The notes beneath the pieces are model-generated. The model saw only the letters and a list, made by a program, of their open reading frames with translations. It had not been told where the DNA came from and made no database searches. DNA of 54,572 nucleotides from a virus (taxonomy: Duplodnaviria > Caudoviricetes), in IMG/VR virus record IMGVR_UViG_3300005662_000054, positions 1 to 54,572 of that record; one strand, written 5' to 3'. Below, piece by piece: positions 28,306 to 37,953 of the stretch (positions are counted from its first letter, which is position 1; the number at the start of each line of letters is the position of its first letter). The translations under genes and the position numbers were made by a program.

Positions 28306-30342
28306 ATGGCTGGTATTAAAGACGAAGAAATTTATATTGCTTCTATTATAGATTATAGTAGAAATGGTACAATGCGAGTAGCAACTCCTATTGGACCCAT
28401 AGATGTAGCTATTCCAAGCTCTTGGATTGGTCCAGGAGGAGAATTTGCTGGCGGTTATCCTAAGCCAGGAGCATCGGTTAAAATTGTCAAAAGCAGAGAC
28501 CGATGGCACTGTTTAGGGTATGATATTACAAGCAGAGATTTGTTTGTAAATAACTCTGTAAATTTTACCTCTTCGTTAAGTTCAAATAATTTAAGAGATT
28601 TTCAGCCAGATCGATATTTAATCAAAGCAAAAAACGGTACTCGTCTTTATGTTGATCCAAACGGAATTAGTGCTGGAACTGCTAATTATAGTTTTGATAT
28701 AAATAATTCTCTTGTTAGAAATAATTTTAAACAAGAAATTTCTTTTACAGATTCTTATAGAAAAATTTCAGGATCAATAAAAAGAGATTTAGGATTTAAT
28801 TCGGATAGAAGTCTTTTAAATTCAACTTTAAATTCTATAGATTATGAAAATTCTTTGGTCCCTATAGGGATGGACCCAAGCTCTACTGTTAATAGAGAAA
28901 ATACTTCTTCAGATCCTCGCAATCCTACGCTGGCAGAATCTAGAGAAATTTTTTATGAATTTGCTTATGATTATAATGTAAAATCTTATCAGCAAGAACT
29001 AAGCAGTTATCAAATAGGAATAAATGCTGATAATGAAAATGAAGTTTTAGATATAACTGATTCAAAATCAGACAATAGAGCAATTCCTCTTTCTTTAACT
29101 TTAGAAAAGCCAAATAATTTAATTGAAAGTATTAAAGGAACTGTTGTAGATTCTTTTGGCAATATCTTAGACATTAACAGATCAATTCTTCCTATTGGAA
29201 AATTAGATGAAGTTTCTTTAAAAAGAAATAGTGATAAGACTGTTGCTTATAAAAATATTTTGAGAGAATTAAGAAAAAGTATTGCATTTCATTTTGAAAT
29301 AAATGCTCGAAAAGATATTGGAGATGGTCTTGAGCCTCCTTCCTCATTGGCAAATGAGGAAGACTCTTCATCTAATTATTACAGGGATCGTTCTAAATTT
29401 TTTATTGATATTGATAAAGAAGGTCAGTTTAAAATTAATATTCCTGCTTCTTCAGAGACTGGCAATATTCCTCTTCTAACAAGATATGAAAACTATACTA
29501 ATTTCGCTTCAAAGGAAGATCCTGACATATTAGCAGATCAATTTATCAAACCTGAAGATTCTAAAGATATTTATTTGGATAGTTTTGCTGGATATGCTAG
29601 CATTAATTTATCTGGAACAAAAGACGAGTTAGATGGATATCAGTCTCCAATTGATAGATTTACGGATAAGCCTATTAAATATGGAACTGCATTTCATGAT
29701 ATTACAAAGACTTGTTATGAATTTTCAAAGAATGCTTCCTATCTTATTGCGAACCCTCCTGAAGAGCTTATTTTTTTTGACAAAGGCAGTAGATTAAATG
29801 AAACTTGGAAGCCTTTGGATTATATTGTATCTGATAAGATTATTGTAACCGGTAAAGATGCTAATGGCGGCGGTCGCAGTGGAATGATTAATTTGGATGG
29901 ATTTGTATCAGTAAATGTTGGTGCTAATACCGTAGATAGACAATCTTTATGGATTGATACCGCAGGTGGAATTATTCAAAATGTAGGAAGGGATAAAAAC
30001 GGAATAAGTCATGCAGCGTCTTTTGATGGCAAGGTGTATTGGCAAATTGGGGGACCGGGCATTGGTAATACGTTTGATACTAGATTTGCTACTGAAAATG
30101 ATACCTATATGAATGGCGAGTTAGACATAAGAGTTAAAGTTGGGGGTCATTTAGCAATATTTAGAATCGCAGAAGATGGAATTTGGATTGTGTCACCGGG
30201 AACAATTAATCTTGAAAGCGATCAACATATATATTTAAAAGCAAAAGGTGATATTCAATTAGAAGCAGAGAATATTGTAATGTATGGCGGAACAGAAAAA
30301 AGAATAATGTCTAGATTTCCTAAAAATATTCAATTTACTTAA
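28306..30342 (+). CDS. Putative baseplate central spike (gpV/gp5-like)
   Basis: Follows the hub; N-terminal OB-like region (GGYPKPGASVKI) and C-terminal beta-strand repeats (GTINLESDQHIYLKAKGDIQLEAENIVM). Confidence 0.6.
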   Translation: MAGIKDEEIYIASIIDYSRNGTMRVATPIGPIDVAIPSSWIGPGGEFAGGYPKPGASVKIVKSRDRWHCLGYDITSRDLFVNNSVNFTSSLSSNNLRDFQPDRYLIKAKNGTRLYVDPNGISAGTANYSFDINNSLVRNNFKQEISFTDSYRKISGSIKRDLGFNSDRSLLNSTLNSIDYENSLVPIGMDPSSTVNRENTSSDPRNPTLAESREIFYEFAYDYNVKSYQQELSSYQIGINADNENEVLDITDSKSDNRAIPLSLTLEKPNNLIESIKGTVVDSFGNILDINRSILPIGKLDEVSLKRNSDKTVAYKNILRELRKSIAFHFEINARKDIGDGLEPPSSLANEEDSSSNYYRDRSKFFIDIDKEGQFKINIPASSETGNIPLLTRYENYTNFASKEDPDILADQFIKPEDSKDIYLDSFAGYASINLSGTKDELDGYQSPIDRFTDKPIKYGTAFHDITKTCYEFSKNASYLIANPPEELIFFDKGSRLNETWKPLDYIVSDKIIVTGKDANGGGRSGMINLDGFVSVNVGANTVDRQSLWIDTAGGIIQNVGRDKNGISHAASFDGKVYWQIGGPGIGNTFDTRFATENDTYMNGELDIRVKVGGHLAIFRIAEDGIWIVSPGTINLESDQHIYLKAKGDIQLEAENIVMYGGTEKRIMSRFPKNIQFT

Positions 30343-30362
30343 TTTAAGTTATAGGTTGGTAG

Positions 30363-32510
30363 ATGCCTTGTAATCCAAATGATAATCAAATAAATGTTGA
30401 AGTTCCTCCGCCGCCAACGGTTCCGGGGTTTGGAATTCCATTTTCTCCAATTCAAATTCCATTGCCAGAGTTTGATCTTCCAACTAGTTTAGTTGAAGAC
30501 TTTGCAGCTATAATTAAACAGGTAAGTGCTTTATTTCCTAGTGGAGAATTTTTTTCAATTCCAGACGTGGATATGAAAGATATTTTTGGGGCTTTATCTA
30601 GGGTCTTATCTCAAATTGCTCCATATTTAAGTCTTTATAATTTTTTTCTAGCATTATTGAATATGATAAAATGTATTATAGATATTCTTTGTGCTATTCC
30701 AGATCCTTTTGCTGTTGCTAATAAATTAATAGTTTTATTTACAGAATGCTTGCCCCCATTTTTAAATTTATTTCCGTTCCTCGCTTTAATAGCAATGATT
30801 ATAGCTTTATTGCTATTAATTTTAGCTCTTATTGAATATATTATTAATACAATTTTAGCTATTATTGAAGCCATTTTGCGTAACATTGAAATATTTGTTG
30901 ATGCTGCAAAGTATGGTAATGCCGAGTCTATTATAGCAGCTGCAAATAAAATAGCTAGTGTATTATGTTTTTTGCAAAATATTTTAGCAATATTATTAGC
31001 TTTAGCAGCTATCATTAATGTTATTAAGTCAATTGCTCAATTTGCAGGAGTAACTTTCTGTTCCGATGAAGATGAAGATGGATGCTGTCCAATTGCTATT
31101 TGCCCTCCATTTATTAAAAATACTCCAGACGGCATTCCAGTTTCTAGCGGTCAATTAGTTTATTTAAAACAAATTGGATTAGACCCTGAAAAAGCATTTA
31201 AATTAGACCCAAATAATCCTGACGATGCAAAAACGATAGAAACTTTTAATACACTTGGTCTCTTAAGTCCTATTAGAAAAGAACGTTGGCAAATTTATGA
31301 TAAATCTTTTGCTGATGCTCAGTATTTAATTTCTAACATTTATACTCCAACAGTTCCTTTTGGTGGAGATTTTTGGTCTGAAGCCGTAGTGGCAAATAAA
31401 AAAACATCTCCTAAGCGAGCCCAATATACAGTAGATTTAACTTTTACAGTTAATCCTTCTCAGTTTGACAATACGTCTACTGATGTTAAAGGAACTAGAA
31501 AATTTAAAGCAAAAGATTGTGTAGCGGTCGAAAAACCTTATCAATTTACATATAAATATAATTCATCAGAAAATGTAGATGATTTTATTACAAGAGATTT
31601 GAATAAGGGGGTAGCTGGAGTCTTAAGCGTTGCCGGTGGTAAAGTTTTTGAAATTGCTACTGATGGCACTGAAACTGAATATATGATTGGGGATTCTCAA
31701 GCTACTTTAGATAATTTTGTTTATAAAACAACAGTTAATTCTCTAGAGCTGCCATCATCAGATGATGCAATTATTATAGATAATATAGAATTTGTATGGA
31801 AGCCAAACGCCCCTGCTTTGGCAGGATATACTGTTACAACTTTTGGCTGCATCCCAGATGTAGCAATTGAGAAAAATATTTTAAATTCAGTAATTTTAGC
31901 AGAGGGTATTCAGCCAGTTGCAGACAAGTTACCACCTTTGCCAGATGTAACTGATACATACAACTGTGTAGTAACTGCACTAGATAAATTTAGAAAAAAC
32001 ATTTCTGTTAGTGGTGCTGCTGATTTTCAAGCAGAATCAATAGCATGCTTAAATACTTTAAAAACAAATACTATTAGTACTATTACTGCAGCGGTAATAG
32101 CGGCGGCAAGTCCATATAAAACTGAATTTACACTAGACACTGATTTGCAATTTACTAGTGCTGGAATTTTAGTTACTGTCTTTATAAGAGACGGAGCAGG
32201 AACGCTATTAACTTCTAAATTGCCAGAAGCATGTTCTAAAGATATTGCGGCAAATCTATCAGCAGACGTTTCTCTAGGAAATATCACTGATTTTTCTTAT
32301 GATGGAGTATCTGCATTTACTGCCAATTTATTCTCTGAAATTCCGGGAGATGGTACTATCGCAATAATTTTTAATGGAAAAGTATTATCAAAATACAATA
32401 TTGCAGTAGGTGGCGGTCAATCTTCAATTGAAGAAAACATCAAAACATATACCTTCGTTGCAGCAGTTCAAGAATCCCCAGTTCGTCGTGATGAGACTGA
32501 TGTGGAGTAA
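30363..32510 (+). CDS. Baseplate-region protein with long hydrophobic helical segment and C-terminal Ig-like domain
   Basis: Pro-rich N-terminus, about 140 aa of strongly hydrophobic sequence (FLALIAMIIALLLLILALIEYII), CCPIAICPP, and a C-terminal Big_1-like pattern VTVFIRDGAG...G..FTANL.S...G.GTI. Confidence 0.55.
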   Translation: MPCNPNDNQINVEVPPPPTVPGFGIPFSPIQIPLPEFDLPTSLVEDFAAIIKQVSALFPSGEFFSIPDVDMKDIFGALSRVLSQIAPYLSLYNFFLALLNMIKCIIDILCAIPDPFAVANKLIVLFTECLPPFLNLFPFLALIAMIIALLLLILALIEYIINTILAIIEAILRNIEIFVDAAKYGNAESIIAAANKIASVLCFLQNILAILLALAAIINVIKSIAQFAGVTFCSDEDEDGCCPIAICPPFIKNTPDGIPVSSGQLVYLKQIGLDPEKAFKLDPNNPDDAKTIETFNTLGLLSPIRKERWQIYDKSFADAQYLISNIYTPTVPFGGDFWSEAVVANKKTSPKRAQYTVDLTFTVNPSQFDNTSTDVKGTRKFKAKDCVAVEKPYQFTYKYNSSENVDDFITRDLNKGVAGVLSVAGGKVFEIATDGTETEYMIGDSQATLDNFVYKTTVNSLELPSSDDAIIIDNIEFVWKPNAPALAGYTVTTFGCIPDVAIEKNILNSVILAEGIQPVADKLPPLPDVTDTYNCVVTALDKFRKNISVSGAADFQAESIACLNTLKTNTISTITAAVIAAASPYKTEFTLDTDLQFTSAGILVTVFIRDGAGTLLTSKLPEACSKDIAANLSADVSLGNITDFSYDGVSAFTANLFSEIPGDGTIAIIFNGKVLSKYNIAVGGGQSSIEENIKTYTFVAAVQESPVRRDETDVE

Positions 32511-32513
32511 TTT

Positions 32514-34199
32514 ATGGCTAAAGCAAAACCTCAAACAAATTCATTTGACGATCTTGGCAATACAGAAGAAGATATTGATGTTCTATATAATACTTATATA
32601 AGACCGGTTGATAGCCTTCGATCTAGGGCTAGACCAATTTTATCAGTTGATGCTTCTAAGTCTGCAATTGCTTCCAGCGCCTCTTTTAGTAAAACGGAAA
32701 GCCCTAACGAGCCATTAGAGAGCAGAGTTCATGCATTTTATCGAATGCTTGGAATGCCTGTCGCTAGTAAGCAAGCTGGATTTTATAGTCCCGGATATAA
32801 TCCTTTAGGTGCAAATTCGGCAGATCTTAGGGCGAAAATTAATAAAGCCATTTATGATGAGAAAACAGCTCAAGAATTTATTTATTATAGAGAGGGTTTA
32901 TTAGAAGATGCTCAAAGAATCTTTACATCCCAAGATAGTTTGGCAGTAATTTTTTATTCTATTTTATATAGATATTCTTTCCCATTTGCCAATTTAGATC
33001 CTGCGGTAAAGCATTTAGACAGAGATAAGCAACAAATTACTTTAGAAGACAGAGAAGCTTTTGCTAGAAAGTTTTCTAGTAACAATCCTGACTATTCAAG
33101 CGAAATTGATTTTTTGTCAATAAATTTTTCCACTGTATTTCATGCAATTAAACCATTTGTAGTAGATCCGGCTATTGCTGAAACGGTTACTCCAATAGAT
33201 AATATTGTTTGTGTTCCTTTTCTTAATTCTGAAAAAGAAACTAAAATATTAAAAAATAAAACTTTGCTTAGACCTGGTATTGAATTAATTATTAGACAAA
33301 GACTAGAAGATTCTTTTTTAAGCGCTGAACAATTAGCAGGACTGGAAAATATTCTAAAAGGCGATAATTCTAATAAGGCAACGACTTTGATTGATTATAA
33401 TGCCCTTGCCACTGCTGTAACATCCTTAGTGGAAGGATCTAAATTACCAAATAATTTTAAAGAGTCCTTGTCTACGGTAAAAAATATTGAATATAATACT
33501 ACTTTAAAATTGGTAAAATCAGTCAAGTTCTTGGTCAAAAAATTTATAGAATCACAGCAAATTTTAGATGATGCAAGATCTAAAATTAATTGGCTTCCTC
33601 TTCCTAATCCTAATTTTGCCGGACCTATTGCTGGGGGAAAGCTTTATACTACGTATTATAAAAATGGTAATATTTTAAATGATAGTAAAATTCAACAATT
33701 ACAAATAAAAAAATTAAACGCAGAAAATGATAGTAAACAATTTTCTAAATTAGGAGGTTTTGCATCTCCATTCATTCAAAATACTTTTTCAGAAAAAGTT
33801 CAAAAATATCAAAAAGTAATTGAAGAATTGGTCCATTCAAGAGATCAGGTTACAGAGCAGGCTTTTCTCGCTTTAAAAAATATAGAAATTATTAAAGGTG
33901 AAACGTCGGGAATGGGTCTAGTTGATATGTTGGCAGTCTATGTTGGTCTATGGTCAATAGATATGAAGTATTTGCTTTATTTAATAGATGATGAAAGTGT
34001 TGAAAGATTAATTAGATTTAATGATAAATATAAAGGATCTTCTGTTGTTCAGAGCAGATCGAAACAAGCAGCTACCTCTGAAAATGTATTAGAAGCATTG
34101 ACTGTATTAGAAGAAAAAGTTTATAACGTATTAAAATACGCAGATTTTTTTCTTGAAGAATCTAAGAATCCAACACAATACACTAATTCTTCAATATAA
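32514..34199 (+). CDS. Hypothetical protein in the baseplate module (561 aa, largely helical)
   Basis: Long ORF with a GGAG SD; no recognised motif. Confidence 0.7.
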   Translation: MAKAKPQTNSFDDLGNTEEDIDVLYNTYIRPVDSLRSRARPILSVDASKSAIASSASFSKTESPNEPLESRVHAFYRMLGMPVASKQAGFYSPGYNPLGANSADLRAKINKAIYDEKTAQEFIYYREGLLEDAQRIFTSQDSLAVIFYSILYRYSFPFANLDPAVKHLDRDKQQITLEDREAFARKFSSNNPDYSSEIDFLSINFSTVFHAIKPFVVDPAIAETVTPIDNIVCVPFLNSEKETKILKNKTLLRPGIELIIRQRLEDSFLSAEQLAGLENILKGDNSNKATTLIDYNALATAVTSLVEGSKLPNNFKESLSTVKNIEYNTTLKLVKSVKFLVKKFIESQQILDDARSKINWLPLPNPNFAGPIAGGKLYTTYYKNGNILNDSKIQQLQIKKLNAENDSKQFSKLGGFASPFIQNTFSEKVQKYQKVIEELVHSRDQVTEQAFLALKNIEIIKGETSGMGLVDMLAVYVGLWSIDMKYLLYLIDDESVERLIRFNDKYKGSSVVQSRSKQAATSENVLEALTVLEEKVYNVLKYADFFLEESKNPTQYTNSSI

Positions 34200-34203
34200 G
34201 AAT

Positions 34204-34641
34204 ATGAGCTTTGATTTGAAAATTCAAGACGGAGATCTATCTATAGGTACAGATGGAGATCTTAAGTTAGTTGAAAAAAAAGATAAATTAGTTCAAGATT
34301 TATTAAAAATTTCAACAACTACCAAAGGATCTAAGCAAAAATATCCATTTTATGGCTCTTTAATATCTAATTCGTTGATTGGTAGCGTTCTTCCAGAAGA
34401 TTTTACAAATACCTATGCTTCTTCTCAATTAAGAGAGTCTGTGCAATCTTTGGTGGAAATGCAAGCAATTCAGGAGAAATATCAATACTTATCACCGGAA
34501 GAATCTATTGGAGCAATTAGAGAAGTTTCAATTCAAAAATTTACATCCGACCCAAGATATTTTTTAATTTATATTTCTGTTTTAAATAAAGCCTTTACAA
34601 AGGTAGAAGCCCAATTTGAGTTTAGCACTACTGGTTTGTAG
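34204..34641 (+). CDS. Baseplate wedge protein, gp25/gpW-like
   Basis: MSFDLKIQDGDL...LVQDLLKI..T.KGS...YPFYGS.I; immediately upstream of baseplate J. Start moved from TTG 34153 to ATG 34204. Confidence 0.8.
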   Translation: MSFDLKIQDGDLSIGTDGDLKLVEKKDKLVQDLLKISTTTKGSKQKYPFYGSLISNSLIGSVLPEDFTNTYASSQLRESVQSLVEMQAIQEKYQYLSPEESIGAIREVSIQKFTSDPRYFLIYISVLNKAFTKVEAQFEFSTTGL

Positions 34642-34720
34642 TGATATATTTTTGCATATCTTTGCATAATGCGCTATAAAAATAGCATTTTGGTGCTATA
34701 TTATTTTAAGGTGGAAATAA

Positions 34721-37700
34721 ATGTCTAAAATTCGTACTTCCAGTGAAATTATAAGAAGTTATCTGGAGTTTTATAGAACTGCCCAGCCTCTTTTAGATAC
34801 TAAACCAGGCACAGTTGCTAGAGATTTATTGATTGACGGTCCATCAGATCAACTATCCAAGCTTTATGATGAATTAAATAAAGTATCTAGCCTTCAATCT
34901 TTAAGACAATCTTTTGGAAGTGATTTAGATAATTGGGCTCAAAATATTGGAGCTACTAGAAACAGAGGCGCTAGGGCAACAGTGCCAGCGTTATTATTAT
35001 TCGATAGCGTTGAAGCAGATATTGCTATTACAAAAGGCGATTTGCTTTTTGCTAAAAATGGAACTTCTTTTGCTATAATTAACAGCGTTTCTATTAATTC
35101 TCTTCAAGAAAATCAATATAAAGCAACAGTTGCAAGATATAAGTCAGATTTAGATTTTTTGGGAATTACCCAGCCATATGCAATTGAATTGGTCGTAGAA
35201 GCAACTGCATTTGGAGATCAAGGAAACATTTCTAAATACGGCATGATCAGAACAAATATATCTGGAATAACTAGTGTAACTAACGTGTTCCCTGCTAGCG
35301 GCGGACGACCTGCCGAAACTGACAGCGTATTCAAAAATAGAATTTTGTCTATTTTTAGCGGTGCCAATACTGGAACTTCTCTTGGATATTCTAGCACGGT
35401 CAGAACGGACCCTTCAGTTTTAGATGTTTTAGTAATTTCTCCAGGCGATGATTTGATGACCAGAGATGGAACTCAAGTAAATGTTGCAGAAGATGGGACG
35501 AGAACTATTATTTCAGAAGGAACAGGCGGCAAAGTAGATATTATCACCTACGGTATTAGACTACAAGAAAATGTTGACTCTTTTATTTATAGAGATAAAA
35601 GCAATACTGGAAATCCTACTAATTCTTTAAATGATTTTGTATTAGGTCAAATTTCTGGGGATGAAAATAAAACTGTTACTAGAAAAAGAATTGACAATTT
35701 AGCTTCTGGCATTTTGCCTTCTCAGCCAATTAATAACATTGTTTCTGTTGTAGGGTCTTCTAGCGGACCTAGCTTTAAAGAAAAAACCACTGATATCTTT
35801 GGAAGAGTATCTGGAAATTATGAATTAATTAGAGACACTGGTGGATACGCTAACTCTCCCTGGGGATTTGATAGACTACACTGGATTTCTAATAAAATTT
35901 TAGATTTACCAGAGGATAAAACAAAAAATAATTTTAATAATCAAGATCAATTATTTTATACAGACTCTACTGAAATTAAAAAAATTACTCAAAATATTGT
36001 TGTAACTAATGAAAATAGTAAAGTAGTATCTTCTGATAGAAGTTTAATACAATTATTGCACTATCCAGCAACTCTAGTCACTAGAGTATTTAACGTTTCT
36101 ACTGGAGAAAGATACTTAATTGCCAGCCAAAATCCTGATGGCACTGGCACAGTTAACACTACTGGAAGAATTAAAATTTCAGGCAAGTCTTTGCCTTCGA
36201 CTACCGATATTCTTCAAGTTGATTATACTTGGATTTTTGAATACGATCCATATTGGGATTTTGATAATAAGTCTTATTCTTTTAATGCTAGAGATGTTTC
36301 TGATAGCATTGATTGGGGATATTCTAATTTGGTTCGTAGAGAAAGAGGGGTCTTAACTTCTTCGGGACCATATTTATCTTTAAATGTGACTCATTCAATT
36401 TCTTCCGTTGTTAATGTTAATGTATTTACAGAAGAAACAACAAATGTCGTTCTTAATTCTGGAAAGTTATCGGTAATTGTTTCTAATGTTATTTCAAACA
36501 TCGTGTCTATTAAAAGAGTTTCTGATGGAGCAGAGCTGTGGAATACTCAAGATGCAGATGGATCTATTAGTTCTTTAGTAGCTTATCTTCCAAATGATAC
36601 AGTGGGCAAGTTTAATGACACTGTTACTGTAGTATATAATTCTTCAGATATTTATTCAGATACAGGGTCTTTTAATAACAATCAAATTACTATAATTCCT
36701 AGCGTCTTGGCTACGGCTGGCTCCATTGTAGAATGTACTTATATTGCAAACATTTCTTCGATTCTACCAAGCACCTTATTGTCTTCTTTACCAGCCATAA
36801 GAAGTGAAAATTATTTTAATACAAATATTTCAAGCTTGGTTGGAAACCAACCATTTTCTAATTTATTTTCTTTGGGAACTATTGTTCAAAACTTACGTCA
36901 AGCCCCAAGCAATTTATCATTTAATATTACTGGAACCATTGTTCCTGGCGTATTTACTGTAGCGGGTCAGTCAATTTCTTACGCAGCAGACATTTTATTT
37001 ACTGCAAGCAATGATGGACTCACTCATGATTTGTCTCCAGCAATAAGATCTTTCTTAAAATTAACCTCTAAAGACAGCATTCCATCTTCTTTAAAAGTTG
37101 CCAGACTAGTTAAATTTGAAAAGGTAATTACAGATTCTAGTTCTAATGTCTTGTCGGTCAGCCAAGAATATGACGTTCTAGGCACATCCCTAAAAGACAA
37201 TTCTTTGGTAAAATCAGAGGCAATTCAAGATTTGTCTTTAAGTAACTTCCAAGTAAAGTTACCAAGTACAATTGACAATTTAAACAACAATATTGTTATT
37301 GGTGACAAGATTCGAGTAAGATTTTATTTACTTAATAGTTCCGATTCTGAAAATGTATACTTTACTAAAGCAGGTACTCAGTATACTCAAAAGAAATTTG
37401 TTTATGTAGATACTATTGCCATCTCTAGCGGATTCAATAGTAGCGCTTCTTCGGCTGCAACATTAACTATTACAAACATGAATCAGCCAATTGCTAAGTC
37501 TAGATACAAATCATATTACGATTATATTGCTCCTAAAGTTAATGAAAGAATCACTATCACATCAAATTATAATAAATTAATAGGCGATGCAACGTTGTTA
37601 GTTGAAAGTACGAGACCAATCACTGCAGACGTATTGGTCAAAGCGGCAGAGCCAGTTTTAGTAGACGTTACTATGTACGTAGTAGTAACAGAGGAATTTA

Positions 37701-37951
37701 AAAACTCATCTACAGTTGTGAAGCAAAACGTTCAAGACTCTCTTACTTCTGCATTAAATACCAATTTGTTAAATCAAATTGTTGATGCTTCAGATCTGAT
37801 TAATTCTGCATATACAGTAGCTGGAGTTGATCGTGCTAGAGTCATTTATTTCAATAAGACAGGTGTAAATGGTTCTGTTCTAAGCGTTCAAGCACTGAAA
37901 AATCAATACATTGTAGCAAATACAGTTTCTGTAGTTATAGAAGAGCGATAA
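34721..37951 (+). CDS. Baseplate J / gp6-like wedge protein with large central insertion
   Basis: D.KPGTVARDLL, LDNWAQN.G..R, VEATAFGDQGNI, GGRPAETDSVFKNRI, GGKVDI, and C-terminal ASDLIN....VAGVDR. Confidence 0.85.
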   Translation: MSKIRTSSEIIRSYLEFYRTAQPLLDTKPGTVARDLLIDGPSDQLSKLYDELNKVSSLQSLRQSFGSDLDNWAQNIGATRNRGARATVPALLLFDSVEADIAITKGDLLFAKNGTSFAIINSVSINSLQENQYKATVARYKSDLDFLGITQPYAIELVVEATAFGDQGNISKYGMIRTNISGITSVTNVFPASGGRPAETDSVFKNRILSIFSGANTGTSLGYSSTVRTDPSVLDVLVISPGDDLMTRDGTQVNVAEDGTRTIISEGTGGKVDIITYGIRLQENVDSFIYRDKSNTGNPTNSLNDFVLGQISGDENKTVTRKRIDNLASGILPSQPINNIVSVVGSSSGPSFKEKTTDIFGRVSGNYELIRDTGGYANSPWGFDRLHWISNKILDLPEDKTKNNFNNQDQLFYTDSTEIKKITQNIVVTNENSKVVSSDRSLIQLLHYPATLVTRVFNVSTGERYLIASQNPDGTGTVNTTGRIKISGKSLPSTTDILQVDYTWIFEYDPYWDFDNKSYSFNARDVSDSIDWGYSNLVRRERGVLTSSGPYLSLNVTHSISSVVNVNVFTEETTNVVLNSGKLSVIVSNVISNIVSIKRVSDGAELWNTQDADGSISSLVAYLPNDTVGKFNDTVTVVYNSSDIYSDTGSFNNNQITIIPSVLATAGSIVECTYIANISSILPSTLLSSLPAIRSENYFNTNISSLVGNQPFSNLFSLGTIVQNLRQAPSNLSFNITGTIVPGVFTVAGQSISYAADILFTASNDGLTHDLSPAIRSFLKLTSKDSIPSSLKVARLVKFEKVITDSSSNVLSVSQEYDVLGTSLKDNSLVKSEAIQDLSLSNFQVKLPSTIDNLNNNIVIGDKIRVRFYLLNSSDSENVYFTKAGTQYTQKKFVYVDTIAISSGFNSSASSAATLTITNMNQPIAKSRYKSYYDYIAPKVNERITITSNYNKLIGDATLLVESTRPITADVLVKAAEPVLVDVTMYVVVTEEFKNSSTVVKQNVQDSLTSALNTNLLNQIVDASDLINSAYTVAGVDRARVIYFNKTGVNGSVLSVQALKNQYIVANTVSVVIEER

Positions 37952-37953
37952 TC

